From Minisyncoccota bacterium (GTDB lineage: Bacteria > Patescibacteriota > Minisyncoccia > Phycocordibacterales > UBA918), in the NCBI GenBank assembly GCA_041389045.1, contig JAWKSQ010000001.1:139063-203062 (forward strand): a DNA stretch of 64,000 bases, in the 5' to 3' direction. The notes under the pieces were generated by a model, which ran no database searches, was not told the origin of the DNA, and worked only from the letters and a program-made list of their open reading frames with translations. Positions 9,311-17,313 of the stretch are shown piece by piece; within the stretch, counting starts at the first letter, position 1, and each line of letters starts with the position of its first letter. The position numbers were made by a program, and so were the translations under genes.

Positions 9311-10672
9311 CTATCCGAAGAATATTCCTCCTAATAACCAGAGATTTAGTCCAGCAATGATGATACAGATAATCCAAGCGATTATGCTAAGGATAGTTGA
9401 GTTTGCAAATTCACCCATAATCTTTTTACTGCCTGTAAACACAATGAGGGGAAAGATTGCAAAGGATAGTTGGAGACTAAGAACCACCTGACTTAATATC
9501 AAGAGATCTGTCGCTGCATTCGCACCGTAAAGACCAATAAAGACTACGGCAGGAATAATTGCTAGCAAACGAGTGATGATTCTTCGCATCCAAGGCTTGA
9601 TTCGTAGATTGATGAATCCTTCCATGATGATCTGACCAGCCAGTGTACCGGTAATAGTGGCGTTTTGTCCCGCTGCCAAAAGTGCAATGGCAAACAAAGT
9701 ACTAGCTGCACTAATACCAACTAGTGGCGAAAGGAGTTTGTAAGCATCCTCAATCGCTGCGACTTCATTGAGGCCGTTAGTAAAGAATACTGCAGCCGCT
9801 AGAATTAGAATTGAAGCATTAACAAACAAGGCGATAGTAAGGGCGATAGTTGAATCAAAAGTAGCAAACTTAACTGCTTCCTTTTTACCTTCTTTTGTTT
9901 CAGCATACATTCGAGTCTGAACGATAGATGAGTGCAAGTAGAGATTATGAGGCATTACTGTAGCTCCAATAATACCAATTGCTAAGTAAAGCATTTCAGG
10001 ATTGAATACTAATTGAGCAGTAGGAAGGAACCCAACTAGCAACGGAGCGATAGCGGGAGCTGAAGCAAAAATTTGAAAGGCAAATATACCAGCAATTGTC
10101 GCCATCAAAGTAACAATAAGGGCTTCTAAGTAACGGAAACCCTTATTCTGCAAGAGAAGAATAACTAAAACGTCAACTGCCGTAATGATCACACCGACTA
10201 TAATTGGAATATTAAACAGAAGGTAAAGTGCAATGGCTGAACCAATTACCTCGGCTAAGTCAGTGGCGATAATCATCACTTCAGCCATGAGCCAAAGTAT
10301 GATAGCGACCGGCTTAGGGAATTTATCTTTACACATTTGAGCTAGGTCTCTACCTGTCACAATACCCAGCTTTAGGGCTAGGTGCTGTAGAATCATGGCA
10401 AAAATACTAGACATTAGTACTACGGTAAGTAAGGCGTAGCCAAACTTTGAACCGCCAGCAATACTGGTGGCCCAGTTTCCTGGGTCCATATAACCGACAG
10501 CTACCAAAAAGCCTGGACCAGAATATAAGAGTAATTTTTTAGAAAAGGATAGGTTAGGTGGAACAGGAATTGAGCGGTGTACTTCAGGTAAACTCGGTGT
10601 CTTTTCATCTTCCCCCGCTTCTCTTGAGGCTCCTTTCCAGCCTAAAGCTTTAAATAAATTTGTGTGCGTCAT
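9311..10672 (-). CDS. mntH: Nramp-family divalent metal (Mn/Fe) transporter
   Basis: DPGNWATSIAGGSKFGY and MPHNLYLHS, 11-12 TM segments, 453 aa. Confidence 0.9.
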   Translation of the reverse strand: MTHTNLFKALGWKGASREAGEDEKTPSLPEVHRSIPVPPNLSFSKKLLLYSGPGFLVAVGYMDPGNWATSIAGGSKFGYALLTVVLMSSIFAMILQHLALKLGIVTGRDLAQMCKDKFPKPVAIILWLMAEVMIIATDLAEVIGSAIALYLLFNIPIIVGVIITAVDVLVILLLQNKGFRYLEALIVTLMATIAGIFAFQIFASAPAIAPLLVGFLPTAQLVFNPEMLYLAIGIIGATVMPHNLYLHSSIVQTRMYAETKEGKKEAVKFATFDSTIALTIALFVNASILILAAAVFFTNGLNEVAAIEDAYKLLSPLVGISAASTLFAIALLAAGQNATITGTLAGQIIMEGFINLRIKPWMRRIITRLLAIIPAVVFIGLYGANAATDLLILSQVVLSLQLSFAIFPLIVFTGSKKIMGEFANSTILSIIAWIICIIIAGLNLWLLGGIFFG

Positions 10673-10725
10673 AGGTATAATAAATCGCTTTTTGCGATAG
10701 GTTTTTAATAATGTTTTGTATAGTT

Positions 10726-11160
10726 TTAATCTTTAAACTTTGGAATAGGAGATCCATGAGGGTCATTCACTGGATTGTGTAAAAATTTTGCCAGTCTTTT
10801 TATTACGTCATCACTGAATGCATGTTCTAACTTCTCAGCTTCTTCATGGATTTTGTCTTTTGGAATTTTTAAAGTTTCGTGCAGGAAAACTTCTATAATC
10901 CTGTGTTTATAAGTTAGTTTCTGAGCCGCGCCCAAACCTTTTGCTGTCAAAGTAATTTGACCGTAGATTTCAGCAACTACAAAACCATCTCTAACTAATT
11001 CTTTCACTCGCTCTGAAACAGTTGATTTACTGAGCTTGAGACGTTCAGCAATATGTGTCACCCCAGCTTCACCCGTTGCTTTTTGGATAATATATATCGC
11101 TCTAATATAGTCTTCTTTGGTCGATGATATCGACGGAGGAGTACCCGAAGGTGTTCGCAT
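10726..11160 (-). CDS. mntR: DtxR/MntR-family metal-dependent repressor
   Basis: Winged-HTH N-terminus (EDYIRAIY..LKLSKSTVSERVKELV) and a dimerisation domain with HRIIEVFL..HEEAEKLEH. Lies directly upstream of mntH on the same strand. Confidence 0.8.
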   Translation of the reverse strand: MRTPSGTPPSISSTKEDYIRAIYIIQKATGEAGVTHIAERLKLSKSTVSERVKELVRDGFVVAEIYGQITLTAKGLGAAQKLTYKHRIIEVFLHETLKIPKDKIHEEAEKLEHAFSDDVIKRLAKFLHNPVNDPHGSPIPKFKD

Positions 11161-11246
11161 GTACGAACTATACTCTTATTCGCTTTAAAAGCAAGATAAA
11201 ATATCAACACAGGCAATAATTTATTATATGTAAATTTGAAACGCGA

Positions 11247-11275
11247 TTGACTAAGAGACCCCCTGGGGGTATCAT
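11247..11275 (+). promoter_or_regulatory. sigma70-like promoter with a G/C-tract palindromic operator in the spacer
   Basis: TTGACT (11247-11252), 17-nt spacer, TATCAT (11270-11275). The palindrome ACCCCCTGGGGGT (11258-11270) fills the spacer, 6 nt upstream of the csoR-family gene start. Confidence 0.6.
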
Positions 11276-11281
11276 TGAAAT

Positions 11282-11554
11282 ATGAAACAGGACATTAAGA
11301 AAAAAGTCATCAAAAGACTTAAAATCATTGAAGGTCAGGTTCGTGGGTTACAAAAAATGGTTGAGAAAGAGAAGTATTGTGTTGATGTTATTACCCAGTC
11401 CTCTGCTGTTCGTCATTCTCTAGGATCAGTTGAAGATTTAATGATGGAAAATCATCTTTCAACTCACGTGATTGAACAGATGAGGAAGGGGCAACATAAA
11501 AAAGCTACTCAAGAAATTTTATCGGTATATAAATTAGCTAAGTTTAATAAATAG
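11282..11554 (+). CDS. CsoR/RcnR-family metal-sensing repressor
   Basis: RLKIIEGQVRGLQKMV, then Cys (YCVDV) and NHLSTH. Ligand fingerprint is x-C-H-H. Confidence 0.8.
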   Translation: MKQDIKKKVIKRLKIIEGQVRGLQKMVEKEKYCVDVITQSSAVRHSLGSVEDLMMENHLSTHVIEQMRKGQHKKATQEILSVYKLAKFNK

Positions 11555-11556
11555 CT

Positions 11557-13554
11557 ATGAAACACTCACATGATTGTCATAGTCACGGAAGTCCTGGAAT
11601 GGGTCACGGCTCAGCTGGTACTTTTTTAAAGCGGTTTTGGATCGTTACCTTTCTGCTCATTCCGTTAGTCTTTGCTAACGAAATGATAATGGAGGCTATC
11701 GGTTTGGACTCATTCATTCTGAGCAAGTGGATCGGTTTTGGTATAGCTACAATTATTTTTGGTTTCTCGCTTATCTTTTTCCAGCATGCGTGGCATGAAA
11801 TAAAAGCCAGGGCGTATGGCATGATGACGTTGGTTTCAATCGCGGTTGCCTCAGGATATCTCTTTTCGGTAGCTGCTACATTTATTCCGAGTCTCGAAGC
11901 AGATTTCTACTTGGAAATTTCAACTTTGATTTGGGTGCTTCTCTTTGGGCATTACCTTGAAGCAAAGTCTGGAGCAGCAGCTGGTGATGCCCTTGCTGAA
12001 GTTGCTAAGCTTTTACCAAAACAGGCACACAAACTGGTTGACGGACAAGAAGTTGACGTAAACATTGCAGAGTTGGTTAAAGGCGATATTGTTTTAGTGA
12101 AACCAGGTGAGAAGATTCCAGCTGATGGTTTGATACAAGAAGGTTCTGCCAATATAGACGAAGCCCTGATTAGCGGTGAATCAAAGCCAGTTGAAAAAAC
12201 CGTCGGTGCGGAAGTAGTCGCTGGTGCTATCTGTCTTGATGGCTCACTCACCATTACACTTACCCGAGTTGGTGAACACTCTACCATTGGACAAATTCAA
12301 ACCTTAATCGCCCAGGCCCAACAGACCAAACCAAACTCGCAACGAATTGCCGACAAAGCAGCTGCCGTACTTACATTTGTGGCTGGTATTACTGCGCTGT
12401 TAACTATTTTGGTTTGGACATTCTTGCTAGGCGAGACGTTTGTGTTTGCGGTTACTCTCGCTATTACGGTATTGGTAATTGCTTGTCCGCACGCACTGGG
12501 TTTGGCTATTCCAACTGTGACCACCATCACGACATCACTAGCAGTGAAAAATGGTTTCTTCATCAAGAACCTAGCGAAGATTGAGGTCATTCGGAAAGCT
12601 GACTACGTGGTTTTTGATAAGACTGGCACGCTTACAACTGGTCAGTTTGGGGTGACTGATATTGTTGCGACCAGCAGTCTTTCTAAGGAAGACATTTTAC
12701 ACATTGCCGCTTCGCTTGAACAACATTCTTCACATATTATCGGTGAGTCTATTGTGAAGCATGCTAAAGATTCTAAAGTCGCACTCTCTAATATTTCAGC
12801 CTTTAAGAATGTAGCTGGGAAAGGTATCACTGCCGAACTTGATGGAAAAAGGTATGTGGTTGGTAATAAGGCCCTCATGTCTGAGATGAACATCAATCTT
12901 GATGGTGCTGAAGCCGAATATAAAACTCTGTCTAAGAAAGGCAAAACGACCATCTTGATAGCTGACGGAACTAAGGTGCTTGGTCTAGTCGCTCTGTCTG
13001 ATGCCATCAAACCAGAGTCATTTGAAGCAGTTAACCGGTTGCATGTAATGGGTGTGAAAGTAGCGATGTTAACGGGAGACAATATCCAAGTAGCTAAAAG
13101 TGTAGCCGAAGAACTTGGTATTGATACCTACTTTGCCGAAGTGTTGCCAGAAGATAAATACGAACACATTAAGGAATTGCAAAATGATGGCTCAATTGTA
13201 TTGATGGTTGGCGACGGTGTAAATGATGCACCTGCACTGACCCAAGCAAATGCGGGAATTGCCATTGGTGCAGGAACTGATGTGGCAGTTGAAGCGGGTG
13301 ATGTGGTACTGACTCGCAACAATCCCGAAGACATTGTTCGACTGATTACATTAGCCAAGAAAGTGTATAGCAAAATGATCCAAAATCTTGTGTGGGCGCT
13401 GGGGTATAACGTTGTCGCTATTCCAGCTGCTGCTGGCGTGTTTGCGTACTGGGGCTTCTTCTTACGGCCTGAAATCGGGGCGTTTGTGATGAGTTTATCA
13501 ACGGTGATTGTAGTAGCCAATGCCATGCTCCTCAAACGAATAGATTTAGGTTAA
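11557..13554 (+). CDS. copB: P1B-3 type copper ATPase (CopB-like, CPH motif)
   Basis: His-rich N-terminus (HSHDCHSHGSPGMGHG), TM6 ACPHALGLAIP, DKTGTLT, GDGVNDAPAL, YN in TM7 and MSLST in TM8. Confidence 0.85.
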   Translation: MKHSHDCHSHGSPGMGHGSAGTFLKRFWIVTFLLIPLVFANEMIMEAIGLDSFILSKWIGFGIATIIFGFSLIFFQHAWHEIKARAYGMMTLVSIAVASGYLFSVAATFIPSLEADFYLEISTLIWVLLFGHYLEAKSGAAAGDALAEVAKLLPKQAHKLVDGQEVDVNIAELVKGDIVLVKPGEKIPADGLIQEGSANIDEALISGESKPVEKTVGAEVVAGAICLDGSLTITLTRVGEHSTIGQIQTLIAQAQQTKPNSQRIADKAAAVLTFVAGITALLTILVWTFLLGETFVFAVTLAITVLVIACPHALGLAIPTVTTITTSLAVKNGFFIKNLAKIEVIRKADYVVFDKTGTLTTGQFGVTDIVATSSLSKEDILHIAASLEQHSSHIIGESIVKHAKDSKVALSNISAFKNVAGKGITAELDGKRYVVGNKALMSEMNINLDGAEAEYKTLSKKGKTTILIADGTKVLGLVALSDAIKPESFEAVNRLHVMGVKVAMLTGDNIQVAKSVAEELGIDTYFAEVLPEDKYEHIKELQNDGSIVLMVGDGVNDAPALTQANAGIAIGAGTDVAVEAGDVVLTRNNPEDIVRLITLAKKVYSKMIQNLVWALGYNVVAIPAAAGVFAYWGFFLRPEIGAFVMSLSTVIVVANAMLLKRIDLG

Positions 13555-13571
13555 AATAACAGACATAACGT

Positions 13572-13988
13572 ATGTTTACATTTGTACAACAAACAGCTAA
13601 GAAAATAGTCTGTATTAGCGTACTCACAGTTTTTATCGGCGCCATGTTCGTTAGCTTGTTCCATATGTCTGTAGGCATGGATATGGCTGGTGGCATGTCA
13701 GATTGTCTGTTTATGGAACGAGGTGAAGTGATTTGCCCGATGAATATCGCTGACCATATTGGGGCGTGGAAAGATGCTTTTGTTTCAGTCGTTCCAACCA
13801 TCGTCACGCTTGTATTAGCTGCGGGTGCGATTGCTTTGGTTGTTTCAACAGCACCTTTTTTATTGGGTGCAAAAAGAAAACTGATACCCATCCAACTCAA
13901 TGTGTTTCGTACTCGGACGTACTCCTTTTCATATCGTCCACTACAGGAACTATTTTCTAATGGTATTCTTCACCCAAAACTTTTTTAG
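13572..13988 (+). CDS. hypothetical membrane protein with a Cys/Met motif, paralog of 1605..2057
   Basis: Same conserved blocks as ORF 1605-2057 (SLFHMS, C..ME.G..IC.M, H..AW, QELFSNGILHPKLF). Immediately downstream of copB. Confidence 0.6.
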   Translation: MFTFVQQTAKKIVCISVLTVFIGAMFVSLFHMSVGMDMAGGMSDCLFMERGEVICPMNIADHIGAWKDAFVSVVPTIVTLVLAAGAIALVVSTAPFLLGAKRKLIPIQLNVFRTRTYSFSYRPLQELFSNGILHPKLF

Positions 13989-14044
13989 CTACCGAATATT
14001 GCGATTTAAATCGCTCATTTAGTAGCTTAGAAAAGTAAATAAAC

Positions 14045-14707
14045 ATGCAAAAAACATACTTTCTTGGTGCAATTCTTTTTGCACCATCGATTATTCTCGC
14101 TCACGAGGAAGAACTACATATCACCACGGCGTGGTACCAAGAACCGATGACTGTTGTCGCCATACTTTTAGCTGCTCTGGCTATAAGTGTGCTCAGCTAT
14201 GGAGTCATCACCAAGAGAAAAAACTTCATCACGATACCAGTAATAGCGTTGGTAGCGGTTGCTGTCACAGGTTTAGTTTCCTTTGGTCAAAACAACCTCA
14301 CCTACGAGCCAGACTTAGCGGTCGCAAACTTTGGTGAAGGTCAGTCAGTCACCTTATACAAGAGTCCGAATTGCGGCTGTTGTAGTGGTCACACAGCGGC
14401 ACTCGAAGCAGCTGGCTTTGATGTCACGATTGAAGAAACAAATGAGCTTAACACTATTAAACAATCAAACAATATTCCTCTGGGTGGAGAGAGCTGTCAC
14501 ACGTCTATCATTGGTGATTACGTAGTAGAAGGTCATGTGCCACTAGAAGCCATTGAGAAACTACTGACTGAACAACCTGACATTGCTGGCATTGGATTAC
14601 CGGGAATGCCAATTGGTACCCCAGGTATGCCAGGCAAAAAAACAGCTCCGTATGAAGTTTATCAATTATCAGCTGATGGAGAGATGTCACCTTATCTAAC
14701 TATCTAA
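14045..14707 (+). CDS. DUF411 (CopG-like) metal-binding protein with an N-terminal membrane region
   Basis: YKSPNCGCCSGH, CHTSIIGDYVVEGHVP and GLPGMPIGTPGMPG are the DUF411 signature blocks. Confidence 0.8.
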   Translation: MQKTYFLGAILFAPSIILAHEEELHITTAWYQEPMTVVAILLAALAISVLSYGVITKRKNFITIPVIALVAVAVTGLVSFGQNNLTYEPDLAVANFGEGQSVTLYKSPNCGCCSGHTAALEAAGFDVTIEETNELNTIKQSNNIPLGGESCHTSIIGDYVVEGHVPLEAIEKLLTEQPDIAGIGLPGMPIGTPGMPGKKTAPYEVYQLSADGEMSPYLTI

Positions 14708-14709
14708 AT

Positions 14710-16383
14710 ATGAAATACATATTAAGCATAGGTGCGTTCTTGCTCCTTATTGGTGGGGTGTTTTGGTATACCAGTACTCCAAACATGATGAGGATGAACA
14801 TGGACGGCATGATGATGGGACAAAATATTCCTGAAGAAGACAATTTAGCAATCTTGCACGATGCGAATGTACCAGAAGTACAGCCAACTCAAGTGGTTGA
14901 ACTCAATGATGGCGATACATTTAATCTTACTGCTTCAATTGTGAAGCAAGAAGTCGGTAATCGAACTGTAAAGCGGTTGGCGTATAACGGTCAGATTCCT
15001 GGCCCAGTACTGAAGGTGCAAAAGGGTGCAAAAGTGACCGTCAACTTTATCAACAACATAGACATGCAGACATCACTGCACTCACACGGCTTACGCGGAG
15101 ATTGGCAGATGGACGGTGCAGTACCGATTACTCCAGCCATTGCAGTCGGAGAAAGTTTCTCGTATGAACTTGAGTTCCCTGATACGGGCGTATTTTGGTA
15201 CCACCCACACGTACGTGAAGACTACCAGCAAGAAGTGGGTCTCTACGGAAACATGATTGTAGAAGAAGATGGGTACTGGAATGAGGCTGATCAAGAAGAA
15301 TATCTAATAGTTGATGACATTCTTGAAGACGGAGACTTTACCGAAGGAGTAGTGACTAACACTCTCATGGGCCGCTTTGGTGACACATTGCTCATTAATG
15401 ACAAAGAAGACTATAACTTTACCGTTAAACAAGGAGAAATAACACGGGCGTATATCACTAACGTTGCAAACACTCGAACCTTCCAGTTAGAGTTTGAAGG
15501 TGCACTCATGAAGCTTGTCGGTGGAGATGTGGGGCGAATTGAAAAAGAAGAGATAATCGAGCATCAGACTATAGGAACAGCTGAACGATATGTAATTGAG
15601 CTGTATTACGATACGCCAGGAACGTACGCAATTGATCATCGTGGAGAAACTATTGGTACAGTCACCGTAGAAGCTTCTGGTACAAATAAGAAAGCAGAAT
15701 TCATGACCTTGCGTTCTAACGTTGCTGACTATACTGATATTCGATCTGATGTTGCATCGTTATTATCTAAAACACCTGACAAAAATCTTCGTCTCGATAT
15801 AGAAATGAAAGGCATGATGAGCGGAATGATGAATGATATGAACGGTGGTGGATCAGGTATGGGTATGATGGGCGGAAATGCTGATGACGATATGATGCGT
15901 GAGCACTGCAAGATGATGCCGGAAATGGCTGGCTGTGAACCGTATCTAGAAGGATCTGAAGAAGAGGAAGAAGAACACGGCGAGGATGGTATTGAATGGG
16001 AAGACGATATGGCCATGATGAACAATATGAGTTCTGACGAAAATATCGAATGGGTTATTGAAGACACTGACACAGGAGCAAAGAACGACGAGATTGATTG
16101 GTCATTCAAGACTGGAGACTTAGTGAAGGTGCGTGTCTACAATGACGAAAAAGGTATGCATCCTATGCAGCATCCTCTTCACTTCCACGGTCAACGGTTT
16201 GTTGTCTTGGCAGAAGACGGTGAACTCAATGAAAACATGCAGTGGAAAGACACGGTGTTGATTCCAAAGGGTCAGACTGTAGATATTCTTGTTGATATGA
16301 GTAACCCAGGCAACTGGATGGCTCACTGTCACATCGCTGAACACCTGCACTCAGGCATGATGTTCAACTTTGAGGTGAAGTAA
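14710..16383 (+). CDS. multicopper oxidase with a Met-rich and acidic insertion
   Basis: Copper-site motifs HSHGL, WYHPH, HPLHFHG and HCHIAEHLHSGMM. The insert is MKGMMSGMMNDM..MGMMGG..EEEEEEHGEDG. Confidence 0.85.
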   Translation: MKYILSIGAFLLLIGGVFWYTSTPNMMRMNMDGMMMGQNIPEEDNLAILHDANVPEVQPTQVVELNDGDTFNLTASIVKQEVGNRTVKRLAYNGQIPGPVLKVQKGAKVTVNFINNIDMQTSLHSHGLRGDWQMDGAVPITPAIAVGESFSYELEFPDTGVFWYHPHVREDYQQEVGLYGNMIVEEDGYWNEADQEEYLIVDDILEDGDFTEGVVTNTLMGRFGDTLLINDKEDYNFTVKQGEITRAYITNVANTRTFQLEFEGALMKLVGGDVGRIEKEEIIEHQTIGTAERYVIELYYDTPGTYAIDHRGETIGTVTVEASGTNKKAEFMTLRSNVADYTDIRSDVASLLSKTPDKNLRLDIEMKGMMSGMMNDMNGGGSGMGMMGGNADDDMMREHCKMMPEMAGCEPYLEGSEEEEEEHGEDGIEWEDDMAMMNNMSSDENIEWVIEDTDTGAKNDEIDWSFKTGDLVKVRVYNDEKGMHPMQHPLHFHGQRFVVLAEDGELNENMQWKDTVLIPKGQTVDILVDMSNPGNWMAHCHIAEHLHSGMMFNFEVK

Positions 16384-16400
16384 TAGCGGTATGCACGCAA

Positions 16401-16436
16401 ACTAACAAGACCACTCAATTGAGTGGTCTTGTTAGT
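16401..16436 (+). terminator. 16-bp perfect hairpin terminator
   Basis: ACTAACAAGACCACTC-AATT-GAGTGGTCTTGTTAGT followed by TT. Confidence 0.7.
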
Positions 16437-16493
16437 TTGCTAGACTTGCTGAGATTGATGGGGTATTAACCCCTCTCGATAGGTCTCGCTACG

Positions 16494-16569
16494 TGGTGCG
16501 CCCACTAGGGATCGAACCTAGGACCTTCTCCTTAAAAGGGAGCTGCTCTACCGGCTGAGCTATAGGCGC
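16494..16569 (-). tRNA. tRNA-Lys (anticodon TTT), CCA encoded
   Basis: Manual cloverleaf: acceptor GCGCCTA/TGGGCGC, D arm GCTCAGCCGGTAGAGC, anticodon loop CTTTTAA, T arm CTAGG-TTCGATC-CCTAG, then ACCA. Confidence 0.85.
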
Positions 16570-16745
16570 AGATATTAGATTGTAATACGTATCTCTCCTT
16601 AATAAGGGTAAACAGTATGGGGTACTGTTTACGCGTACCGAGGTGAGCTATAGGCGTATTTATCAAACTTCAATACGTATCTCTCCTTAATAAGGGTAAA
16701 CAGTATGGGGTACTGTTTACGCGTACCGAGGTGAGTTGTGGCCGC
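16558..16745. repeat. 88-bp tandem direct repeat (about 2.1 copies) that includes the first 12 nt of tRNA-Lys
   Basis: The 64-nt core is identical at 16584-16647 and 16672-16735. GAGCTATAGGCG (the tRNA 5' end, 16558-16569) recurs at 16646-16657 and degenerately at 16734-16745. Each unit holds the hairpin GTAAACAGTA-TGGGG-TACTGTTTAC. Confidence 0.8.
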
Positions 16746-16854
16746 ATGGAAGTGGTGGCAATATACCACATTATATAGATAAATCAAAAGTAAAAATACA
16801 GCCGTCGGTGAAATAAAATAGATTCAAGTAAGATTCTCTGGTAGTCTAGCAAAC

Positions 16855-17310
16855 ATGAAACAGGTGATACTACACAACATTCGCAGTCACTATAATGTTG
16901 GAGCGATATTTCGTACTGCTGATGGAGCGGGAGTAAGAAAGATCTATTTGGTTGGTTATACACCAGCGCCTAAAGACCGTTTTGGTCGGTCTGTGCCAGA
17001 GATAAGTAAAACCGCACTGGGAGCGGAGCAGGCGATACCTTGGGAAAAGAATGATGACATTCTGGCGTTAATAGAATCCTTGCAAGCAAATGGCGTAAAG
17101 GTAGTGGCGGTTGAGCAAGCAGAAAATTCCACCCAGCTTTATGACTTTGTGGTGCCAGAGTCGGTTGCTTATATTTTTGGTAGTGAGACTGAAGGTCTGT
17201 CTAAAGAGGTGCTCGAAAGTGTTGATGAGGTTCTTGAACTACCAATGCTGGGGAGTAAAGAATCTTTGAATGTATCAGTAACGGTAGGAATTGTGTTGTA
17301 TCATAAGTAA
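16855..17310 (+). CDS. TrmH/SpoU-family RNA 2'-O-methyltransferase
   Basis: NVGAIFRTADGAGV, GSETEGLS and SLNVSVTVGIVLY motifs. Confidence 0.8.
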   Translation: MKQVILHNIRSHYNVGAIFRTADGAGVRKIYLVGYTPAPKDRFGRSVPEISKTALGAEQAIPWEKNDDILALIESLQANGVKVVAVEQAENSTQLYDFVVPESVAYIFGSETEGLSKEVLESVDEVLELPMLGSKESLNVSVTVGIVLYHK

Positions 17311-17313
17311 GTT

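Noticed and set aside
16558-16745. Tandem repeat considered as a possible CRISPR array.
   Set aside because: There are only about two copies, the period is 88 bp, and the interval between the identical cores is itself diverged repeat sequence, not unique spacers. No cas genes lie nearby.
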